The position numbers and the translations under genes are program-made. The notes under the pieces are model-generated. The model had not been told where the DNA came from and made no database searches. It saw nothing but the letters and a program-made list of their open reading frames with translations. Below, one piece after another: positions 54,181 through 64,000 of a stretch of 64,000 nucleotides of DNA. The DNA comes from Octopus sinensis (lineage: Eukaryota): assembly GCF_006345805.1 (NCBI RefSeq), contig NC_043004.1, positions 24,986,001-25,050,000 of the forward strand, read 5' to 3'. Numbering within the stretch: position 1 is the stretch's first letter; each line of letters begins with the position of its first letter.

Positions 54181-54232
54181 GGCGGTGCCCCAGCATGGCC
54201 ACAGCTCGGGAGCTGAAACTAGATAATAAAAA
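54181..54232 (+). mobile_element. ~50-nt LINE 3'-tail-only insertion
   Basis: ggcggtgccccagcatggccacagctcgggagctgaaactaga matches the LINE end at 62545-62587. Confidence 0.85.
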
Positions 54233-54237
54233 TATAT

Positions 54238-54648
54238 AGGCGCAGGAGTGGCTGTGTGGTAAGTAGCTTGCTAACAAACCACATGGTTCCGGGTTCAGTC
54301 CCACTGCGTGGCATCTTGGGCAAGTGTCTTCTGCTATAGCCCCGGGCCGACCAATGCCTGTGAGTGGGTTGGTAGACAGAAACTGAAAGAAGCCTGTCGT
54401 ATATGTATATATATATATATATATATGTGGTGTTGTTTGTGTGTCTGTATTTGTCCCCCTAGCATTGCTGACAACCGATGCTGGTGTGTTTATGTCCCCG
54501 TTACTTAGCGGTTCGGCAAAAGAAACCGATAGAATAAGTACTGGGCTTACAAAAAGAATAAGTCCCGGGGTCGATTTGCTCGATTAAAGGCGGTGCTCCA
54601 GCAAGGCCGCAGTCAAATGACTGAAACAAGTAAAAGAGTAAGAGAGTA
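54238..54648 (+). mobile_element. Full-length SINE B
   Basis: Head, spacer, tail. Confidence 0.9.
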
Positions 54649-55108
54649 TATATATAGATATTATATTATATATATATATATATATATATGTTATTCCTAT
54701 TTTTACTTTTTACTTTTATTCCTATTTCTATTTTTACTTTATAACCTTATGCCTTCACATTCATTTATATTTCTTTATATTTCTTTATATTCTTTATATC
54801 CCCTTTACATCTCCTTATATCCCTTTATATCTTTATACTCTACATTTTTATATTTTTCTATACTTACACTTTTTATACATTTTTTATCCCTCGTCCTGAA
54901 TTCTCGCCCCTCCATCTCCACGTCTATATATGTATTTATTTATTTACATACTTCAACATCCAAATTCCTCATTCTACATTGAGAGAAGAAAGAGATGGAC
55001 GCTTCAATTCTATGCTGTTGCCGCATTATGTCGTACGCGAATGAGAGGATTTGCATCCCCAACCAAGAATTTTTGATGTAACACATGTCCTTGTGGTAGC
55101 TGTTGTGC

Positions 55109-55184
55109 GCGGCGAAGAGGCCACAGACATACATTATGCATTGTTATAAATCTGTCTAATAAAGGCCCGAAACATATGTACCGC
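55109..55184 (+). ncRNA. Hammerhead motif with long stem II, core missing one base
   Basis: gcgg C-GAAGA ggcc-acaga..tctgt..ggcc c GAAA c-atat-g TA ccgc. Confidence 0.65.
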
Positions 55185-55265
55185 TGAATCCTTGGCATCA
55201 TGTTTTTATTTTGATCAATATATATATATATATATATATAATTTTTTATTTATTTATTTATTTAT

Positions 55266-55430
55266 ACGACGGGTTTCTTTCAGTTTCCGTCTATTAAATC
55301 CACTCAAAAGGCTTTGGTCAGCCCGAGGCTATAGTAGAAGACACTTGCGCAAGGTGTCACCCAATGGGATTGAACCCGGAACCATGTGGTTGGGAAACAA
55401 GCTTCTTACGACACAGCCACACCTGCGCCA
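55266..55430 (-). mobile_element. SINE B 5' half
   Basis: Reverse complement of the B head. Confidence 0.8.
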
Positions 55431-55438
55431 ATATATAT

Positions 55439-55492
55439 GGCGGTGCCCCAGCATGGCCACAGCTCGTGAGCTGAAACTAGATAATAAAAAAA
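55439..55492 (+). mobile_element. ~50-nt LINE 3'-tail-only insertion
   Basis: One substitution from 54181-54232, same start point. Confidence 0.85.
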
Positions 55493-55498
55493 TATATA

Positions 55499-55554
<56 letters not shown>

Positions 55555-55990
55555 GCAACGAGTTTCTAGTTTCCGTCTACCAAACCCACTCATAAGGCTA
55601 TAGTAGAAGCTACTTGCCCAAGGTGTCACACAGAGGGACTAAATCCGAAACTACGGTAAGTTTGCTTCTTACCACCAATTTTAAAGAAATAACGGTTGGG
55701 TGGGAGGCAAATGATATTAAACACCAGTTCGAGAAATAAAGGAAACGAACAATCCCACACTGGAGTTGAATCACTCATCTACTGTGTGGCTGCATTGACC
55801 ACGCCAGTGAGACATGGTCATTTTCGTCTCTAATTGATATTGATAATGTCAAATGTTATTTACATTAAAATTTTTATAAAATCTGATGTTTCAAAACAGA
55901 CTACTAAAGAGACATTTGAATGTTTAATATATACATATCTTTGTATGAATATTGGTATGAATATGTATGTATGGATTGTGTGTGTGCATA

Positions 55991-56049
<59 letters not shown>

Positions 56050-56143
56050 TAAAGAAAGAAGAACAAACACAAAAAAAAACAACAACGCGAGGACGTGGTA
56101 CATATAAAGTATTAGCAGACGCTCAGGGACGGAAAGAAAGATG

Positions 56144-56179
56144 GTTTAACATTTCAAGCAGACGCTCTTCTTCAGAAAC
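56144..56179 (-). ncRNA. Minimal hammerhead ribozyme motif
   Basis: gttt CTGAAGA a gagc-gtct-gctt GAAA tg TT aaac. Confidence 0.65.
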
Positions 56180-56319
56180 AGAGGGAAGTCCAATAGACGA
56201 GAAAACGGAGGAAGAAAATCGCCTACGATTCACATGTTGTTACTATGTGTATATATATATACATACATACATACATTTATATATATATATATATATATAT
56301 ATACATACACACACACACT

Positions 56320-56720
56320 ATTTACTCGTTTACTCTTTTATTTGTTTCACTCATTTTGATTGCGGCCATGCTGGGGCATCGCCTTTAATCGAACAAATCG
56401 ACCCCCAGGACTTATTCTTCGTAAGCATATAACTTATTCTATTGGTCTATTTTTCCGAACCGCCTAGGTACGGGTATGTAAACACACCAGCATAGGACTT
56501 TATGCGATGTTGGGGAATAAACAAAGACCCCCCCCCACACACACATATATATACGACGGGCCTCTTTCAGTTTCCGTCTACTAAATCCACTTACAAGCCT
56601 TTGGTCGGCCCGAAGCTATAGTAGAAGATACTTGCCCAAGGTGCCACGCAGTGGGACTGAACTCAGAACTATGTAGTTGGTAAGCAAGCTACTTACTACA
56701 CAGCCATTTTTGCGCCTTGT
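56320..56720 (-). mobile_element. Full-length SINE B
   Basis: Reverse complement of head and tail. Confidence 0.85.
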
Positions 56721-57206
56721 ATATAGTGAACAACACTGTGTCTTCCGTTATAGGTTTCTAATTAGCTAATCTCTCTCCCACATAGCGGTGCTCTCACTGA
56801 TTGGTTATTTTGCTAAGATTGCTTTCGTTGCTGTCATTATTGCTACCATTACGGAAATTATTGCCACCAGTGATATTGCTCTTGTTCTTGTTGTTAATGC
56901 TGTAATTAGTTTATTTTGTTTTCTCTCCTTTCCTTCCACGACAGACTGGTATGAAAGTACCAGAAACTAGGGTAGTTGCTGGAGGCTCAAGTGCTTTGCG
57001 AACGCCATGGACTAAGCTGTGAAAATAATAAATAAATTAAGCACTTTATTCCTACATTTGAAGTTTACACTTAGATATAAAAGAAAAATGTAAGGGTGCT
57101 AAAATCCAGCTTGTTTCGATACACAATTGAAATTAGGACCTCGTTGTTAGTAGAACTATTATGATCCCAGCTCAGACAATCAATACACATTGTCTCAGTG
57201 ATATAT

Positions 57207-58045
57207 GGTGCATTCCAGAACTTTAAGACTTTTTCAGAAGTACAAAATTCTAATCTCTTTCAACGTAGGAGACTCCTAATCTCCTTCAGTGTAACTGTAG
57301 CGCTCTAGCCACTTCGTGAAGGCCCCATGAAATTTCGCTAAAATGAAGGTATACAGGATCTTTGTCACAGCCTACTTCATCTTTTTCAGCTTGGAGGACA
57401 ACCAAAAATCACAGGAAGAAAGGTCTGGGCGGCAGAAATGGTGAGGGACAATTTTGATGGTCATCTCTGTCAAAAGTTTGTTACCAGAATGGAATTCTGA
57501 ACTGGTGCATTGTCCTGGTGCAGGCATTCTGGCTTTTGCGATGAAATCTCTTTCTGAACACCCTCAAAGCCTTTACAAAGTACTAGTTGTTGATCGTCTG
57601 GCCAGAGGAAATCCAGTGGATGGTCATGACGGCTTTGTTGCTGAAAAAGGGGATCATCATGCGCTTCCGGTAGGCTTGTTTTTCCTGGTATCCTGTGCCA
57701 GCGAAAAACAGATGCTCGGCTCATACAAGTTAATCCATCGGCAACCTGGAGTTCCATAAGTTTTTGCAGCATTTTAGCTCAGTTTAATACAAAACTCAAC
57801 TTAATACTGTATTACTTAGCGAGCTTCCAAATTATCTCCACAGCTCGACTGCTTTCTATAAACTAGTCAGCCGTGACGAGGATTGTTTAGTAGGGTGTGT
57901 TCAAAGTGCCGTTACATCCATCTCCTTCAATGTGGAATAACAAAAGTTAGCCGGACAGCTTATGAGATGTACAGTAATGATATACTAAAATTATAAAGTG
58001 ATAAATGTCTTAAAAAGTCTTAGAACTTCTGGAATGCACCTCGTA
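57207..58045 (-). mobile_element. Internally deleted mariner element
   Basis: TIRs ggtgcattccagaactttaagacttttt / aaaaagtcttagaacttctggaatgcacc; LHQDNAPV remnant. Confidence 0.75.
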
Positions 58046-59219
58046 AAACAAAACCCTTTGCTACTCTGAAGAATTTTCATCAGTTTGTCCTAAACGTCCA
58101 TTCTTATTTTCAAACTTCAAGTTTGCCTTTGTTTCATATGTTCTAAGTAATAAGCCTCATGTTATTCTGGCAGTTGAAAAATAATGGGAATATAATATGT
58201 CCTATGTAACACATGTGATATACAGGACAAGTAAAAGGTCTGTTTTAGTGCAGCCCTTGCTTATGTATATCGGTGTGCTATGTCCAGCTGTGATGCCTGT
58301 TTTACAGTAAGATGAAATAAGACCAATAGAGAACTAAGTGTCTGGACTATAAACATATTAGAGAGCCAGTTGTAGGATGAATTCTGGATTTAAAGCCGGT
58401 GCGCCCTAAACCAGTGAGACTTCCTAAATGGCTTGCTTAACGAAAAATTACCTTATTTTTATTTTAGTAGTACTGCCCGCTTGATGAGTAAAGCCAAATG
58501 AGGTTCGCGTCTCGAAAAAGGTTGCCTATGTCATTGTGCGTGAAGTTTCTTTGTAAAAATATTACAACAAAACATCTCATATAAATTGAAAACAAAGATG
58601 CCTTTTTCGTATTTGAGGCGTTAAGCTGAAGGTTTTCATTCTTTTAACCAGGAAGGAAAGCAGTAGCCATGACTCTTAACAGAAATCTGAGTCAGATGGT
58701 GATGTTGGTGGGATTCGGAGAAAATTATCATCAATCCAGAAATCTAGTCCAAATATCTGCATCAGAATGGGTCCTCTTAAGGCACATGTGGCACCAGGCG
58801 ATGGCAACGGCAAGATTTGAACTCAAGAATGTAAAGAACTGAAATAATCACAAAACATCCAGTCCGACTTTCTTGCAATTCTACGATTCCATTAGCTTGG
58901 ATTAATACTTTATTTATCGACTCTGAAAGGATGGTAGTCTAAGTTGAACTCAGTGTCATTTGAACTCAGAGAGCTGGGATAAATATATACCACGAGAAGT
59001 TATTTTTTCCTCTGTCACCGCCACTGCTGTCTCCAGTACGCTAGCCCAAATAACTGTAGCGGAATGGGATCCTCTTAAACCCAAATCTCTCACACAATTA
59101 AGTGAATATACTCGAAACGAAAGACCATCCAGATATGAGGTAAGCTCACTGAATCCCCCATCGCAATACTTACTTTTGCATACAGCAGCCTATACTTTAA
59201 CAATCTTTTATACTACAGG

Positions 59220-59405
59220 CACAATTTTTTGGCCTGAAATTTTTGTGGGGAAAGGTGCTCAACTGCTACTTAATTTATCGATCCCGAAAAGATAAAAAGC
59301 AAAGTCAACCTCGAAAGAACTTGAACTCACAACGTTTAGCCTGAAAAAAAAAATACCGCAAAGCATTTTGTTCGGCGCTGTAACGACTCTGCCTGCTCGC
59401 TGCCT
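59220..59405 (-). mobile_element. Diverged SINE A
   Basis: tacttaatttatcgatcccgaaaagataaaaagcaaagtcaacctcg. Confidence 0.7.
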
Positions 59406-59761
59406 TTGCCCACATGATACTAATAATAAACCAATGCAGCGCCCAAAAGTATGGCTCGACGCAAGTGATCGATTGGTCAGCTAAGTGCCATAACTGATCA
59501 GGGTTGACATGTCGCTGCACACCGCCATTAACAACAACAACAACAACAACAAAACAACAACAACAACAACAACAATAACAACAGCAGCAGCAGCAGCAGC
59601 AACACCACCACCACCACCACCACCACCACCACTAACAACAACAACACGAGCCGACAAGGAAGCTAATTCTCTTCCCCTCGATCTGCTAGATCTTGTTGCT
59701 GAATCTCCTTTAAATCGCATCTTATTCGCTGAAAGTTTCCAAAAAGACGCTTAGATAATGT

Positions 59762-59908
59762 GACGTATATTTGCCATTTAAATATGGCTAACCCCTAAGG
59801 TGGATGCTACTGTAGCATCAACCCTTAGGGGTTAGCCATATTTAAATGGCAAATATACGTCACGATGTGTTGTAGCTACTGTTTATAACTCGCTCTGAGA
59901 TTTATTAT
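59762..59908 (+). mobile_element. 147-bp insertion with 5' fold-back and 14-bp TSD
   Basis: TSD cgcttagataatgt at 59748-59761 and 59909-59922; ~100-bp palindrome; body homologous to 17046-17150. Confidence 0.9.
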
Positions 59909-60559
59909 CGCTTAGATAATGTAATCCTGAAAGGGCATAATATTCTCGGCAAGAAAACTTTCTTTCAATAATATAGGTCTGTTCGATCAGGGACGATATG
60001 GAACTTACACAACAACAACGGCAAAAATAAATCACCCCTAATTCTACCCACCATTCACAACAACAACAACACCAACATCATGGCACAAAATATTTGTCTT
60101 ACGCAGTAAAGAAAACTTTCTCATGTGCTCTGGCTCACCTCCTCCGTATTTTTCCTGACCTCATCTCCAAGCTCACATTTCTCAACACTCCATGCTTCTG
60201 CTAATAACCAACTAGAATGAATGGGAAGTAGATAATTTGAGCAGAAGGAAGACAAAAACAAAGAAACAAAGCGCATAAAAATTCCCTCACAAAACAAATA
60301 AGCAAAAAACTACACAATGTATTTTATATCAAGTTTCTAACACACCAATCCTACGTTGTTATATTTATGATGGTTAAAATGTCAGGAAGTTTGGTGGTGA
60401 GGAAGTTGAAGACTTACCTTTGTGTTAATGCTGAGTACATTGCACGTGACATGCATACAAAACGCATGTCACACACACACACACACTCACACACATTTTT
60501 ATGTACACACCCTTGAATAGTGTGATAGCGTGTACACAAAACATATATGCATCTGCCTA

Positions 60560-60601
<42 letters not shown>

Positions 60602-60744
60602 GATAATAATAATAATAATAAATAGTATATAATATATATATGTATGTATGTATATATATATATATATATATATATACAATAATAATGAATAATAAATAGT
60701 ATATAATATATATATGTATGTATGTATATATATATATATATAAT

Positions 60745-60811
<67 letters not shown>

Positions 60812-60925
60812 ATATTTCGGAATGGTCATATTGCCAGTTTAGCCAATAAAAACACACGCACTATATATTTGGTGTTATTTTGCTTCAGTGATATTTATTT
60901 TTTACATTAATCTTAATCTTATTTC

Positions 60926-60969
60926 GGCCAAAGTTCTTTCGTCACACTCCTGTGACCGCATCAGTGGTC
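60926..60969 (-). ncRNA. Hammerhead motif (A9C variant)
   Basis: gacca CTGATGC g gtcaca-ggag-tgtgac GAAA g-aa-c TT tggcc. Confidence 0.5.
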
Positions 60970-61284
60970 CTTTGTTTTCTTCTCACTTACTTGTGTCTCT
61001 CCTTACTAACCGTCAGCCATTTTGTATTTCTATGTATGTCTTCATCTGCGCATGCTTATATCTCTATGTGCGTCTATGTTTATTTAGTGTGTGTGTGGGG
61101 GGATGCTTGTAATATTTGTATCTTCTGGTTATATACATTCTTGTAATTTGTATTTTGTTTTTGTTGTTGTTGCTTTTGTTCTAATTTTGTTCATGTGTTT
61201 ACATCCACCCATTATTATCATTACATATGCTTGTATGTATGTATAACAACAATATTAGTAATAATAATAATAAATCTAATTGAA

Positions 61285-61324
<40 letters not shown>

Positions 61325-61330
61325 TATACA

Positions 61331-61380
<50 letters not shown>

Positions 61381-61616
61381 TATACACATATACATACACA
61401 TATACATATATATAGTTATTCATTTCTATTTCTTTAATTATCTGTGTATTTATTATGTTTGCAGGATCCACTATCGTCATATGTTGTGGTGTGCGCTATT
61501 GCTCCATTCTAGTTTTCTATTCAGGCTAGGTTTATTTTCTATTATATGTGTAGCTTCTGTAATTTGTCTAATTGTTGCATCTGTTCTATGTGTGGACAAT
61601 ATATGATACAATATAT

Positions 61617-62610
61617 GATACAAAAGTTTCACAGGCAATACAGAACCCTGAAGACACTAAGCACCTGCAATGTGAGCTGGACGAAATATACAAGTGGGCT
61701 GAAAAGAATAGCATGCAGTTCAATGCTGAAAAGTTTCAAGCTTTATACTATCAGCATGCAAAACTGAATGCAATACCCAATGAATACACTGGACCCGGAG
61801 GGATTGCAATCCCAGAGGCACAATCAGTGCGTGACCTGGGTATTCACATGAATGATGACGCGACCTTTCATGTACATGTTGCTAAACTGATAATGAAATG
61901 TAGACGGCTGGCTGGCTGGATTCTTAGAATCTTTAGAACAAGAGAACAAGAAACCATGATGGTCCTCTGGAAGACACTTGTCCTAAGCCACTTTGACTAT
62001 TGCTCTCAGCTATGGTCACCATCCAGTGTCAAGTTGATCACAGAACTTGAGGCGATCCAACGAAGCTACACGAAGAAGATAGCCTCTGTGCAGCATATGA
62101 GCTACTGGGAAAGACTCAAGATATTAAAGCTCTATTCCCTGGAGCGTAGGCGAGAAAGATATGCCATAATATATATCTGGAAGATCCTGGAAGGACTTGT
62201 CCCAAACTTTGGCATCGAGAGTCACACAAATGCCAGAACCGGACGCCACTGCGTAGTACCAAGGACTCCAAATTTGCCATCAAGATGTAGGACAAGATAC
62301 TGTGACAGCCTGGGCTTCAGAGGCCCACAGCTCTTCAATATCCTCCCGAAGAACCTGAGGGACCTGCATGGTGTAGATGCGGATGTCTTTAAAGTAGGAC
62401 TGGATCTCTTCCCGTCAGGTGTCCCGGATGAACCAACCTCACGGCAGGAGGTGCAGATGAGGGCAGCTGCATCGAACTCTCTCATGCATCAGATGGCGTT
62501 TGCTAAAAAGCATCCGTGAGGTAAAATCGTGTAGCAAACCAAATGGCGGTGCCCCAGCATGGCCACAGCTCATTAGCTGAAACTAGAAAAATCAAAAATC
62601 AAAATCAATC
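61617..62610 (+). mobile_element. Young 5'-truncated CR1/L2-group LINE (RT C-terminal half and 3' UTR)
   Basis: Uninterrupted frame to 62519 beginning at the DTK of YADDTK: WAEKNSMQFNAEK, VRDLGI, DYCSQLWSP, LEAIQR, SYWERLKILKLYSLERRRER; 3' stem-loop and (aaaatc)n tail. Confidence 0.92.
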
Positions 62611-62855
62611 ATATATGCGTATATTTATATATTATTTATATTATTATATCATCGAACACCACGCATCCTTTTCCAAGTAAGTTTTACACACACACACACA
62701 TAAATACATACACACACAGACACACGACGGGTTTCAGTTTTCATCTACCATTGGCCCGAGGCTATAGTTGAAGACACTTGCCTAAAGTGCCGCTTAGTGT
62801 GAGAGAACGTGGAACCATGTGGTTGTGAAGCGAGCGTCTTACCACACAGTCATAC

Positions 62856-62886
<31 letters not shown>

Positions 62887-63209
62887 CAGCATACATACAT
62901 ACATACATACATATATACATACACACACACATACACATACACACACATATATATATAATATAAAATAAAAATAGGACAAGAACGCAAAACACCCAGACAT
63001 ACGATACAAAGAAAACAAGGACGGGTCATTCGGATTTTTCTTCCTCAGTCGAGTTCCAGATTATCTTTGCAATTTCGACTGGTTCCACTCGAGATTGCTC
63101 CAATCTGGCCAGCCGCAAGGAAAAACTAAGCTAAGAGCACTAGATTCCTTGGAAGAAAGCAGCGTATTTCATATTGTTTACGTTTTGTGACGTCCTATAC
63201 CCATATATG

Positions 63210-63254
<45 letters not shown>

Positions 63255-63334
63255 GTAAATATGTACATATATCTATATATGCATATATGTGTGTGTGTGG
63301 GTGGGGGGGTGCGTGTGGGGGTGTGCGCGCGCGT

Positions 63335-63540
63335 GTTTGTGCGTCTATGTTTGTCCCCCCCAACATCGCTTGACAACCGATGCTGGTGTGTTTACGTACC
63401 CGTAACTTAGCGCTTCGGCGAAAAGAGACCGATGGAATAAATACTAGGCTTACAAAGAATAAGTCCTGGGGTCGATTCGCTCGACTAAAGGCAGTGCTCC
63501 AGCATGGCCGCGGTCAAATGACTGAAACAAATAAAAGAAT
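63335..63540 (+). mobile_element. SINE B 3' half
   Basis: Tail match. Confidence 0.85.
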
Positions 63541-63610
63541 ACATTTATATATAAACACGCGTGTGTATATATGCTCAGTATGTTAGTATGTTATATATAT
63601 ACGTCAGTAA

Positions 63611-63838
63611 GGCGGCGAGCTGGCAGAGATATTAGCACGCCGGGCGAAGTGCTTCGCGGTATGTCGCCCGTCGCTACGTTCTGAGTTCAAATTCCGCCGA
63701 AGTCGACTTTGCCTTTCATCTTTTCGGGGTCGATAAATTAAGTACCAGTTACGCACTGGGGCCGATGTAATCGACTTAATCCGTTTGTCTGTCCTTGTTT
63801 GTCCCCTCTATGTTTAGCCCCTCGTGGGCAGTAAAGAA
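63611..63838 (+). mobile_element. SINE A
   Basis: Family match; atatatatacgtcagt on both sides (TSD). Confidence 0.9.
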
Positions 63839-64000
63839 ACATATATATATACGTCAGTGTGTGTATGTGTGTATATCGTATGTAGTTGCGTACGTACGTA
63901 GATACATACATACAAACGTACGTACGTACGTACGTACGTACGTACGTACGTACGTACGTACGTACATACATACATACATACATACATACATACATACATA

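Noticed and set aside
60412-60460. Strong minus-strand splice donor AAG|gtaagt (another at ~46835)
   Set aside because: No convincing matching acceptor or open frame; expected by chance in 64 kb
61572-62519. 315-aa ORF as a host gene
   Set aside because: 5'-truncated LINE RT that starts within the catalytic motif; the first ~15 codons are flanking DNA
63888-63965. Self-complementary (ACGT)n tract
   Set aside because: Derivable from the adjacent (ACAT)n by one substitution and slippage

Overview
Eukaryotic, very AT-rich, microsatellite-saturated non-coding DNA. The tRNA-derived SINE families look like those of Octopus (recognition from memory, not a database hit). No host gene is recognisable; the only candidate is a 125-nt minus-strand exon inside a 1.3-kb tandem duplication. 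The window is a mosaic of mobile elements: four tRNA-SINE families, decayed RTE and L1/Tx1 LINEs, a young 5'-truncated CR1/L2-group LINE, Tc1 and mariner relics, MITEs, Helitron pieces and a Penelope-like (PLE) RT-thumb/GIY-YIG relic. The main signal is a dense set of more than 15 type-I hammerhead ribozyme motifs from many unrelated sequence families. They have tiny palindromic stem III regions, sit in (TA)n tracts and often occur as sense/antisense pairs in fold-back structures, consistent with non-autonomous PLE/retrozyme-like elements. A second signal is a SINE-LINE partnership: the dominant SINE, the young LINE and two ~50-nt tail-only inserts share a 3' end whose stem-loop covaries. Most ORFs in the supplied track are microsatellite artefacts. 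Coordinates were read by eye and may be off by a few bases.
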